In this document: piece by piece, positions 1 to 12,521 of the stretch
Position numbering within the stretch: the stretch's first letter is position 1
Layout of the letters: every line of letters starts with the position of its first letter
Assembly (NCBI RefSeq): GCF_009914755.1
Contig: NC_060933.1
Direction: 5' to 3' (one strand)
DNA from: the human T2T-CHM13v2.0 reference genome, Homo sapiens
DNA length: 64,000 nucleotides
Program-made: the position numbers and the translations under genes
The notes under the pieces: generated by a model
The model's input: the letters and a program-made list of their open reading frames with translations, nothing else
The model's database searches: none
What the model was told of the DNA's origin: nothing

Positions 1-99
1 GGCAGTCAAAGGGCACCAGGAACCTCATCTCTTAAGATGTGCATGCACCGTAGGCTGCCGTTTGTGTCCCTCACTCTGGCCAAGCTCCCTTCTTCATCA

Positions 100-440
100 T
101 GGCCTTTGCACTTGCTGTTCTCTGTCTGGGGAAGAATGCTCTTTCCCCAGAGATCCAAATGGCTCACTCCTTCAGTGTCTTCAAATCTCTGTCAAATATC
201 ACCTAAACAGAGAGGCTTTCCCTGGCCTCTAGAGGACAAAGTAGCACATTTTCTCACCCACTTACCCTGCTCATCCTTCTTTATAACACCCCTCACCACC
301 TGCTGTATTATTTGTTTATCGTTCAGCTTTCTCTCTAAAATGGAAGATCTATGAGAACAAGAACCTGTCTGCTCATTGAGGTGTTACTCTAGAAAAATGT
401 CTGGCCCATGGCAGGTGCTTAATCAACAATTTTTGAAGGA
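100..440 (+). mobile_element. L2 3' fragment
   Basis: GGCCTTTGCACTTGCTGTT...CAGGTGCTTAAT motifs typical of L2 3' ends. Confidence 0.6.
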
Positions 441-910
441 AAAGTGGAGGAAAAAAAGATAGGAGAAAGCAAACTCATGAAGAAGAGTGCTTGGGTGGGG
501 TGGGAGGAGAAGAGGGCAATGGATCCAGGCCCTACAGGGATTCACTGTTCAAGCAGAAAGTCCAGGGAAAGCCACATGGCCTCCTTCAATCGGATGAGCT
601 GGAGCTGCTGACATCCCCTGCAACCTGGGAGCCAGTGCATGCAATGCTCCAGCTGGGTCTAAGGACAGAAGGAGGCTAATGAACAACCACCTTCGGAGCA
701 ACAGGGTCACTTCAGTCCTCCCTATTTACTTCCAAGCTGCTGGGAGTCTTATGCACATTTCCTCTTCTCACTTGCCTCTTCACATCCCTAGCTGCCGCAG
801 GAATTTATGGCTTAATTAAAGTGGGAAGCAGGGTTTATACATGTTTATATAAAGTTATATTTTCCTCCACCTCTTTGTTGGAAGAAAACTCAAATGTTAA
901 AATTCTTAGG

Positions 911-1133
<223 letters not shown>

Positions 1134-2972
1134 CTAGAAAGGACACTAGAGATAAATCTAGTTCATGCTCCTTGTTTTCTATGGGAGGACACTGAGGTCC
1201 AGGGTCACACAACTCACAAATGGCCAGCCTACGGAAACCCTGTAAAAGGCAGAGTGTGAGGAAAAGGCAGGCACTTGTGATAACCCCACTGGTGGGCAGG
1301 AGCTAAGCCTCCATAGGTGGGGAAGGGAATTAACCCCAGGACACAGGCTCCAGTCTGGGGGCTTGAGATGCTCAGGGGACACCAGTTAGAACTAAGGCAG
1401 GAGGCCAAGGCAGAAGCTGTGCTCCTCTGCCTGGATGTATGAGGGCAGCAGAGGAAGAAGAGTTGGCAAAGCAGCCCAGAAACACATGAAGAGGAGGAGT
1501 GAATGTAAGTAGAGCATGCCAGAGATGGCAGATCAAGGCAGGGAGTTAAACTGAAGGAGGAGGCGGCCACGGCCAAGGGTGCACTGTGATTCAAAGTTAC
1601 AGTTGGTTATGGGCTGAGGAAACAGCTTTCTGTTTCACTGCTGTGAGAGGCAACCAAGTTGCAAGGAAAGGAGGGGAAGAGGGAGGCGTTAACATGGAGG
1701 AGTGAATGTAGACAGAACCTTCCAGATGTTGGCTGAAGATAGAAAGGAGAGGGAGGAGGGGTTCTGGAGGGAGAAAGAAGTTAAAGAGTATTTTTTTATG
1801 TGGGGAGATATGGGAGTTTTGGGTTTTATTTTTGGCTTGTGAGAATGAGCTAATCTTGTATAAAGGGATTAAAGATTTTTTAAAAAATTTATCTCTGAGC
1901 CTTAGGTCTTTCAACTTTAAAACGAAGATAAAAAATCTATGTTTTTGGCTTATGAGAATTAAAATGTGAAAACACATTACTCCAGTGCCTGGCACATTAA
2001 AAACACATAATACATGGTAGCTATTTTAAATATTTTATTATAAACTTATGTAGTGCTCATCTGGAGGCCTAGGAAAGTGTTATTGAAAGTATTTTAAATC
2101 TTAGTATCTTATATTTATCATTTATAGGGTATAGTAGATTAAGAAATACTTCACGTATTTTGAGAGATTGGGCTGGAAACATACCCGAAGAAGCATTCTT
2201 TTTATCTCTCATGTACATGTGGACATTATACATTTTAATTAAGTGTTATTATATGAGCCAAATTCCCTCCTCATGGGTGTTAGTAGGAGTTGACCTCGAA
2301 GGAGGGAGGATTTGGTTGTGGATTTATGACTCACATCTGCGAAAGGAGTAAGGGCGAATAAGAACAGGAAACTCTCTGATAAGCAATTTTACTATGTTTT
2401 CATTTTTATCTGAAACTCTGTAATCCAAGACTGGGGTAACTTTTCATATTTTTTAAAAATACTTTTTTATAGGCTGGAGTGATCTTGTGTAAACAAGGAT
2501 AAATCATAGATGTTAGAGAGACGTTTGTCTCTGTGCTGTTTGGTGCAAATTCCATGAAAAAGAGCCAAGGCAGGGGGTGGGGGTGGTTGTCAGGAAACCA
2601 AGGGATGAGATGTTTTTCTTTTTCAAAGATGACACCTATGATGCCAACTAGTGAGCATGGGTGAACAGAGCGGAAAGGAATTCATTACAGTCCTAAAGAG
2701 GGATAAATGCATCTGGTGTCAGATTAACTCCAGCGAACAGCCTCACTCAGTCCTAAATACTGACTCAAAAGCATGTTGATTTCAGTGTGAGAAACAGATG
2801 TGTAAAGGTGACTTCTCATGAGGTAAAATATAAAGCAACATGCCTAGGTCTTAAAATCATGATGTTGAGTACAACTATAAGAAAAAAATGGGCTTACTGA
2901 TATAATGTTATTATGTAATTTAAAGCCACATTTGCATATCAAACAACCTTGCCTATTTCTACAGAGATAGTT

Positions 2973-3282
2973 GTTTTTTCTTTTTTTTTTTTTCTTGTGA
3001 CAGGGTCTCACTCTGTTGCCCAGCCTGGAGGGCAGTGGCACCATCTCAGCTTACTGCAGTCTTGACCTCCCAGGCCCAAGTGATCCTCCCACCTCAGCCT
3101 CCCGAGTAGCTAGGATTACAGGCACAGGCCACCATACCTCGCTAAATTTTTTTTGTTTTTTATTTTTAGTAAAGATGAAATCTTACTATGTTGCTCAGGC
3201 TGATCTCAAACTCCTGGGCTCAAGTGATAGACCCACCTCCATCTCCCAAAGTGCTGAGATTACAGCCACCGCGCCCCCGGCC
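2973..3282 (-). mobile_element. Alu (AluJ-like)
   Basis: Poly-T followed by antisense Alu body ending CCCGGCC. Confidence 0.9.
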
Positions 3283-3875
3283 AAGATATAAAGTTTAAGG
3301 ACACATATCAAACATACTAGAGAGGTTGCTGATGGGATAGGGAGGATGAGTGTGAGCATCACAGACGAGGGAAAAAGCAAAATGAGACAGCGGCTTTGCC
3401 CAGATGGACAATGAAAATGTGCTATGAGTTAAAGAGCATGATTTTTAAAAGGAGAGAAATCTTTTAGTCATTGGTCTTCTCTTTGTTCTGGCTTAATGAA
3501 TCTGCTGCAAAGGCAAATAGCTTTCAGGCAAACTTGCTGCCTTAGTGGTAACATTGGCTTCAAGAACTCCTCGAGCGGTTTGGGATGGCTTCCTGAGGGT
3601 GACAAAGAGGAGCTGTGTTTTCAGCCAAATATCAGAACCAGGGCCACTGCCTGCCGCCAAACCCCAGCGGGCACCCCTACTTTGTGTTTATCTGTGGTGG
3701 CTACACTCGCCCACCTGGGTGGGAACCCCGAGAATGACTCCAAACTTTTCCAGGGACTGCATGCCAGGGTATTTTTACAATTTATGTGTAGACTTTGTTC
3801 GGGTGGAAAAGTTATTTTATGAAGACGAAACAAGCAATTGGGGTACCTACCTTATGGCATTTTTTACATTGAGAG

Positions 3876-4299
3876 TGTTAAAAATACCCCTCCCCTAACC
3901 AAAACCCTGACAAATAGAGCCAGGGAAGGCCATGCAAAAAAGGATTCTTGGGCTTGTATGCCTGATAACAAAAACTTATCACAGAAGACTGCAAAAAACA
4001 CAATCTTGCACAAAGCCCATTGCAACTTTGCACACAACAATGCTTCTGAAGGATATTTGCCCAACAACTGCCTGTCCAACCTGGGCCTGGCATCACCTTT
4101 GTTATTGATCTTTGTAGCCAAGGATAATCATTTCCAAATGATCATATAATCTTCCTCATTTTTTCTTTTGTCTTCCTTTACCTCCGTGAATATGCATATA
4201 GTTTACTCTGGCTTGCCTATTTCTATTGCAAGGCTCTGTTTCCAAACGAATATCTTTTTCTTGTGGAGAGCCTCTCTCTGTTTGTTATTTAGGTTGATA
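3876..4299 (+). mobile_element. Solo ERV1-class LTR (MER39/MER34-group-like)
   Basis: TGTTAA...TTTAGGTTGATA termini with 4-bp target duplication AGAG (3872-3875, 4300-4303). Confidence 0.7.
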
Positions 4300-4454
4300 A
4301 GAGAAATGTGAACATTTGAGAGCTCAGGTAAAAGGCCTTAGTCTACAGTGAAACTTTTTTGCACCCTTAGATGCTTACTTCCACTACAACTTGCAGGTGG
4401 GCCTTGAAAAGTTCTTGGAATAAGTTTGAGCTTTGATCTTGTCCGGTTCATTTA

Positions 4455-5295
4455 GCATAGATTCTCAAAATGTGGTCCCTGGACCCACAGCATTAGCATC
4501 GCCTGGAGATTGTTAGAAATGCAAATCATCCGGCCTCATTCCAGACCCTCAGCTGGAAACTCTAGGGGCATGGCCAGACCCTCTGTAGCTGAACAAGCCA
4601 TCCAGGTGGTTTTGATGCAGCTAAAGTTCTGGAACAACTAATGTAGCCCCATTTGGAAAACTTGGCTGTACAGGCCTCCCTAGCTGGTAAGCTGCTAGCA
4701 TTTTTTTTTTGTTTGTTTGTTTGTTTTGATACAGGGTCTTGCTCTGTTGACCAGACCGTGACCTCCTGGGTTCAAGCGAGGACTCAGCCTCCTGAGTAGC
4801 CGGGACTACAGGTATGTGCCACCACCATGCCCAACTACTTTTTGTATTTTTTTTTTTGTAGGGATGGGGTTTTAGCCCGGGCTAGTCTCAAACTCCTGGA
4901 CTCAAGCAATCTGCCCACTTTGGCCTCACGAAGTGCTGGGATTATAGGCATGAGCCACTGTGCCCGGCCCTGCCAGCTTTCTATAAGCTGAGGAGTTCTA
5001 AAAAATACCTAGACTCAGGGCAAACCCCAGACACTTAAATCAGATTCTCTGGGAGATGAAGCCCAGGCACTGGTATTTTTAAAGTCTCTACAGATGGTTC
5101 TAATGTGCTGCTAAGTTAGAGAACTGCTGATCTAGACCAGGCCTTTTCAAACTTAATGTGCACGTGAATTACCTGGACCTTGTTAAAATGCAGATTCAGT
5201 CTGCATAGGCCTGGGGTGGAGCCTGAGCTTCTGCATTTTTAACAAGTCTCTAGGGGATGCTGCTGCATCTGGGCTGCTAACTACACTTGGAGATA
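4455..5295. mobile_element. Cluster of MER5-type hAT-Charlie elements interrupted by an Alu
   Basis: TTCTCAAAATGTGGTCCCTGGACC...TTAGAAATGCAAAT and repeated CTGCATTTTTAACAAG motifs. Confidence 0.7.
4702..4969 (-). mobile_element. Alu (AluJ-like, internally deleted)
   Basis: Antisense Alu with (TTTG)n tail. Confidence 0.88.
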
Positions 5296-7011
5296 GGAGG
5301 TTCTGGAGAGCAGAGGAAAGAGCATGAACCATAACCTAGGTCCTGACTTCCGAGCCAAGGTTTGCCTTTATGTGGCTGGCAACTTGCTTGGACTCCTACC
5401 TCAATTCTTTGGGCCCAAGGTTTGTCCTGCCTCAGAAGGATGTCAAGAAAATTGAGTGAGTAATGCAGAATTGTTTCTTAAAGTGTGTGCAGATGCTCCA
5501 TGAATTTAGAGAGTATGTGGATGCACATTACTAAATTTTAATAGTTGTGAATATGTTGTTATGAGTACTTAGAACAAGTAATAATGGCTTTTGATGTATA
5601 GTAAGAAAGCTTCCTTTTAAAAGGCATGTATTTAAGTTTCAAAAGTGGGGCTATTTAAAAATATATGAAATAAATAATAGTAGAGGTAATTGACAGAGCA
5701 AAATTATGAAGGCAGGATGAGAATGACTCAAGTTTGGGAAATGCTGAGAAAGCAGATGCCCAAGGGCTATGAAAACTTAAAAAAATAGGTAGCACTTGAT
5801 TTTGATTGGCTGAATGAGATGATGTGTTTGATCATTTATGGGGTTGGCATTGGCAACATGCACTGGGTGGCTGGGATCACTGTTTATTAAAAAATATTTG
5901 AGTATCTACTTTGCACTAGATACTCTTTTAGTCTCTTGGAAAAGGGATTGGGGGGGCAGGCAGGATAAAAACAAATCATTTATGCCCATAAGAAAATTGC
6001 AGGAAGATAAAAGTCATGAAATAAACTCTGTGCTTCTAATTTAATATTTTTTTATAGATTATGAGAAAAAAGTTTTGCTCACTATCAGCTAGGAAAGCTG
6101 TCTTAGCACAACCATTCATTCTTGCACAAATCAAAATCAAGATGAGCCAGAAGGCTCCATTCTGACAGCTTCTAATGGAGAAGCTACATTTACTGGACAT
6201 GGGGAAAGTTGCTGGGCTCTAAGGACTGTGCTCATTTCTTGAACTAGATAAATGGTCTTGGTGTAGCATAATACCAAAACTTCTTGTCGCAGCCTGTAAG
6301 GACAGAACTCAATCAGCCTGAAAAGGAAGTCAGTGACTCCAACTCAACACAGGAATGTCCTGTGATTCCTAAAGAAGGATGTAGGAGTGTGGCACAATTC
6401 AACCACAGTCTGTGGCCCTGTGCCTCTGCCTTGACATGAGTGGGATTTCCCAGCTGGTCATTTTCTTCTTATCTAAGACATTGGGAACAAATTACTTGAC
6501 CTCCTCTGGGCTTCAGTACTCCCACTCATCAAATTAGAGGACTGGGCAGTTGCTAGGCTCTCTTTAGGCATCATATTTTAGTTTCTGTGATTTTAAATTT
6601 GAGAAGGGGTGTCTAAGGGAGAATACATAGGGGAGGGGGAAAGGCTTATTAAAAGTGTAGTTAGACACTGAATTTTTAAGAATTGCATTTTGTAATAATA
6701 CCTTTACCTAATCAGGACTGACAATCTTACCTGATGATAGCACCTGGAGGAATGGCTGCATTCAAAAATAAAAATGAAATAAAACAAGACCTTATTTGAA
6801 CTTAGCAATAATGCTGATTCCTCTTTTTGATTTGAGGAGGTTATAGCTGTTGTAAATGCTTGAATTGGGTCTGCCCAGGCAAAACGGAGTCAAGAGTCCA
6901 TGTCTGATGAATTTTAACAATGTAGACAATAAAAAAGGGTTGCTTAAACTGCCCCTCTTTTACCAAAACACATTTACAAATGAAAGAACAACACTTCCAT
7001 TTTTAAAAAAC

Positions 7012-7300
<289 letters not shown>

Positions 7301-8433
7301 AAAAAATTTCCATTTTTAATTGCAGGGTCTGGGGAATTAAAATGCATCCATAATTTCTTGCATCTCTCCGCTCGGGCTTGCATGAATGCAGAGGGATGGG
7401 GAGGACTTCTTGAGGCAAGCATCCCCCTCTTGTCGCCTGCCATCTGGAGAGAGAGGGCTGTGATTTATCTCACTTTAATCAGGAAGGACCCGATGGGTGG
7501 ATGGAGAGGTCTGATGGCTTTGTTGCTCCATGTGGGAAAGAAACGGACAGAGTGAATTTGTGTATGATCCCTAAGGAGAAAGCGTCTTTGTGCTCTATTT
7601 CTTTTTGACCTGGAGCCCCTGAAAGCAAGCTAGTTACAAGTTGAAATAGGCCGTTTCTAAAGTGTGATTTTGTTTGTGTATGAGCCTTGATTACAAAGGG
7701 GAAAAAAACCCGCTTAATTTACATACACCAGATGTAGTGCAGGATCCCCTGGGCTATCTTTTCAGGTATCAGGAAACTTTGATGAAAGTCACTTGTCTCA
7801 TCTAGGAGTCATTTCATATTGTTTAGCAGAGCCTGGTATTAACATTTCCTTCCAACTGTTTACTGGAATCTGTGTGTTCCCTTCAAGTGATGCATACTAG
7901 GTGCACAGGCTTCCTGCCACTGTCATCCTAATCTTTCCGTGCAGACAGGAGCAGAGGGGAGAGCGCTGAGCCAGGCCCCAGCTTGCTTTTCTTTCCTGAC
8001 TCAGCCCGGCTCCGCTGCACTTCTCAGCTCTTGCTGTAGGTGGTGCTGTTTGACCATTTTCTTCATGTGACCCTCCACTCGGTAATATAAATTCATTCGG
8101 AGGATGACCTGATATCAAAAAAAATTCCTTTTGATTAGTAGAATCAACTTATTTGTTCACACGATACTCTTCCCACTGAGACACATGGAGACAATTCTGA
8201 CTCCAGGTTTGCAACCTTGAGATTTCTCTCAGATGCAATAAAAAAACAAAGCATTTTGAGTGGCACAGTGATGCCTAGTGCATGATCATGTTTGTCTGCT
8301 CAAACATAAAAGGGAAACTGGTGGGTTTGAGGATGCCCAGCAGCACGACAGCTGCCAATGTAAATGAGCGGTATAGAGAGAGAGGGGACGGGAGGGGACT
8401 ACAAACTTCGGAATATGAGCTGATCGTTTATAA

Positions 8434-8436
<3 letters not shown>

Positions 8437-8469
<33 letters not shown>
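8437..8469 (+). repeat. Poly(A) tract, about 33 nt
   Basis: Direct reading. Confidence 0.95.
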
Positions 8470-8472
<3 letters not shown>

Positions 8473-8604
8473 AGAAGGGAGCCCAGGATGGTGCAGGAAA
8501 AAGGAGAAAGGAAGATTTTCCTTGCAGCTAATCAGGAGAGTTCATAAGGGCTGATTACATGTGTGGAAGCCTTAAGTTCTTTTTTTAAAAAATGTGAAAG
8601 TTTG

Positions 8605-8639
8605 CATGTATGTATGTATGTATGTATGTATGTATGTAT
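8605..8639 (+). repeat. (TATG)n microsatellite
   Basis: Direct reading. Confidence 0.9.
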
Positions 8640-10089
8640 AGCTTCGTGTATTACCATTATTATTGCAATCAGCAAATGGATTTACTTCCTTTATCTCATG
8701 GGCTCCTTCCCACTCACTTCTGGCAGCACATTTTCCTTTCTCCTTCATCCCAGAACACCAAAGAACAGATGCGCTTCCTAACCCTGGCTCCAGGGGACTT
8801 TATACAATGTAAACAGTACACCTCTAAAGTGGTTCACCGCTTAGAGAACGTGTGTCCCATTTTAAAACTGTGAGTCCTTTATATTTTGCAGTGCTTATTT
8901 TAATAAGAGACATTGGACTTGTGACTTATTTTTCATGGAGGAGTGAGCTTAATGGTTGAAAGTAATCGATAAACTTGTTTTTCGTCTGATGCCATCAGCC
9001 AAGATCCTATGGCAATAGTAAGAGGATGACACTGGGCTGGCACCCCCTCCATAACATATTTGGACCATTTTTTTCTCCCAGAATGCACATGCAATAGCTT
9101 TGGTTTGGTAAGAGAGAGATGGTGTACTTGGTTTCCTTCTGTCACACTTTTGGTGAAATGAATTAGACTTTTAAATCAGGAAATTCAGCGAGATGAGTTA
9201 GATTTTTACACAAGAGCAGTGGAAGACTTCCAGCTGGTTGGGGGAATGATACGGAAATATCTTGCTAAATCAGGATCTGGTGGAATGCTGCTCCCTGGCA
9301 GGCTCCTCTTCACAGGGAGCAATCTGTGGGTTGCTTATAGAACAGAGCGAGCAGGAGGAATAGCATGGTCTTGCTCGTGGGAAGACCTGGCGTTCAGATG
9401 TTTGTCATTAGGAACTGAGTGTGGGCTTTTTCAAGCTAAACTGAAGCAGCAGTTCTATTAGGAAGAGCCTCCCAGATCAGCATCTTCTGTTTCTGGATAC
9501 TCTCCCTTTGAAAATCCAGATTTCAGCAAAAAGCTTTGCTAATGGTGAAATTGCACAACTGAAACCCTATGGGAGCAATGGGAAAGATGGAGAAAGAGGT
9601 GGTTATATCATGTACTTCAACAGTTTATTTAGAGGCTGTTGACATTAGAATAACAAGCCAAGACAAACAAAAATACTCATTTTGGATGAAAATATTGTCT
9701 TTTCATGTTATTATAGATAGCTGAGTCGTAAGACTTATACAGAAACACATTTTCCTAATGAGTGGCTGATTTTTCTGGTCGTGCAAGTAATATCCAAATT
9801 ATTGTACAAATTTTTGGCTCAGGAGCAAACATTGTATTGCATATTGAGCTAATCACTTGCCCTTTCTAAGGTAAGCCCTTACCTCTGCTTTCCCTTCATC
9901 TTGTCATTTCTGTTTGTTGGGTAAAGGTTTCCTGTTGGTTCTTTCTTTTGGCTCTGATGTAACATGAATGCAGTTCTTAACATCCTTTCAGACATAAACA
10001 CAACTTAGCTCATTGTTTCTGAGTTCATATAGAGGTTTTCTTGCCCCTGAGACTTTCATGTCTGACAGCTGGATGTTGCTGTGTTCAAG

Positions 10090-11350
10090 GCTCTATATGT
10101 TGATTTTGTATCCTACAACTTTACTGATTTCACCTATCAGTTCAGTTCTAACAGTTTTCAAATTTTATTTATTTGTTTTTGTTTTTTAAATATTGTATGT
10201 TTCATTTTAGAGTCAGGAGGGTAGATGTACAGGTTTCTTACACAGGTATATTGCATGGTGCTGAGGTTTGGGCTTCTAATGATCCCACCACCCAAGCAGT
10301 GAGCATAGTAATCGATAGGTAGTTTTTCAACCCTTGCTCCCACCATCCTTCCCTCCCACCTTTGGAGTCCCCCAGTGTCTATTGTTCCCTTCTTTGTGTT
10401 GAGTTCTAACCTTTTTTTAGTGAAGTTTGTAGGGTTTTCTATATATAACAAGATCATGCTGTCAGTAGAGACAGTTTCACTTCTTCCTTTCCTATTAGGA
10501 TGCCTTTTATTTCTTTCTTTTGCCTAATTACCCTGAGAAGTGGTGTCCGTGGGCATCCTTGTCTTGTTCCTGATGGTAGAAGAAAAGTTTCAACTTTTCA
10601 CCACTGATTATGCTGTTAGCTATGGGTTTGTCATATATGGCCTTTATTTTGTTGGGATACAGTCCCACAATACGTGATCTGTTGGGTGTTTTTTTTTTTA
10701 AACCATGAAAGGGTTTCGAATTTTGTCAAAAGCTTTTTCTGTATCTATTGAGATGGCCATATAGTTTCTATCTTTATTTTTCTAATATGGTATATTATAT
10801 GTATTGATTTGCTTATGTTGAACCATGACATGATCATGGTGAATGATTCTTTCAATGTGCTATTGAATTTGGTTTGCTAGGATTTTGTTGAGGATTTCTG
10901 CATCTATGTAGATCAAGGATATTGGCCTGTAATTTTCCTTTCTTGTAGTGTTCTTGTCTGGCTTTGGAATCAGGGTAATGCTGGCCCTGTAAGATGAGTT
11001 TGGAAGTATTCCCTCCACTTCAGCTTTTTGGAAGAGTTTGAGAAGGACTGGTATTAGTTCTTCTTAAAATATTTGGTAGAATTAATCTGGGAAGCCATCT
11101 GGTTTTGGGTTTTTCATTGATAGGAGACATTTTCTTACTGATTCAACCTCCTTGCTTGCTATTAGTCTGTTCAGATTTTTTAATTTCTTCATGAGTCAAT
11201 CTTGGTAGGTTTTATGTGTCTGGGAATTTATCCATTTCTTCTAGATGATCCAATTAGTTAGTGTGTAATTATACCTAGCAGTTTCTTAGGATCCTTTGTA
11301 TTTCTGTGATATTGGCTATGATGTTTCATCTTTCATTTCTGATTTTATGC
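10090..11350 (-). mobile_element. Old LINE-1 ORF2 fragment with a nested younger L1 3' end (about 10153-10401)
   Basis: Antisense RT-region sequence (MILLYIENP); nested L1PA-like 3'UTR flanked by direct repeat AGTTCTAAC (10144-10152, 10402-10410). Confidence 0.85.
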
Positions 11351-12170
11351 TATATTGAAAACATGAGGCATAGCAGGTAGGGGGCACTGGTCAGGACTTG
11401 GGGTATAAACTGGCAGATGTTAAGGTGGGTGATTCTGGTTAACTCAGAAACTCCGAAGTCCCGTGTGGAAGAATTAACTGCCTGTACTCACCTAGTAATG
11501 TATATCCTTGGTCAAAAAGAGATCCAGCTGAGAATGTTGGATGAAGGGACCAAATCAATATTCATCATTATATTGAAAACAAGTCAGATTGGCTGTGGTC
11601 TTTTGACAGCAGGTCAGTGGCTAAGTCTATTTGAACAAAGTTAGGGCAGGTTCAAGGGAGAATCCTGAGATCGGTATTCTTTGTTCCATACAACCTTGCC
11701 TTTCAGTTTCTTCTCCCCATGCCTCCAGGATGTCCCTGCACAGCCCGTAGGGCCCCCTCCTTCAGTACCTTGCCTTACGAAGGGGAGAAAATGAGTTTTC
11801 CAATGTTAGCATATATTTAGCCTTCCAAAATTTCTATTTCTATTTTAGGGGAGCTCTAGGAAAACAGCAGATTACTCTAAATCCCCAGGTAAAAATCTGA
11901 AATGGTGGAATTTCATATGACCAGGAGACATATTTTGGGGCAAGTGGGCTTTTCACAATCACTTGGACATGAAGGCATCTGCTTCTTCTATGCCTAAAAT
12001 ATTCCTTCAATTTAGTAGTTTAATTCCTCTTCCTCTTTTTCAAATTTCAAGACAATACATGTAGTGACTGAACAATTTGGATCCAAGTTTCACTATTTAA
12101 CTGCCAGTGTGACCTTGGGCGAGTCACTTAATCTTTTCAAGGCTCAATTTCATCATGTAAAGTGGAAGTA

Positions 12171-12521
12171 CAAACAATCCCTGACTTACAATATTTTGAC
12201 TTATGATTTTTCAACTTTAAGATAGTTTGAAAGCAATACACATTCAGCAGAAGCTGTAATTTGAGTACCCATACAACCATTCTGTTTTCCACTTTCAGTA
12301 CAGTATTCATTATATTACATGAGATATTCAAAGCCCACTTTATTATAAAATGGGCTTTCTGTTAGATGATTTTGCCTAACTGTAGGTTAATGTGAGTGTT
12401 TAAGGTAGGCCGAGCTAAGCTATGATGTTTAGTAGGTTAAGTGTATTAAATGCATTTTCAGCTTACAATATTTTCATAAGTTTATTGGAATATAACCCCA
12501 TTGTAAATTGAGGGGTATTTG
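12171..12521 (-). mobile_element. TcMar-Tigger MITE (MER47A-like) inserted in a MIR
   Basis: TA target duplication (12169-70, 12522-23), imperfect terminal inverted repeats, MIR sequence on both sides. Confidence 0.75.

Noticed and set aside
8437-8469. Poly(A) tract as the tail of a retrocopy
   Set aside because: No recognisable upstream element, poly(A) signal or TSD.
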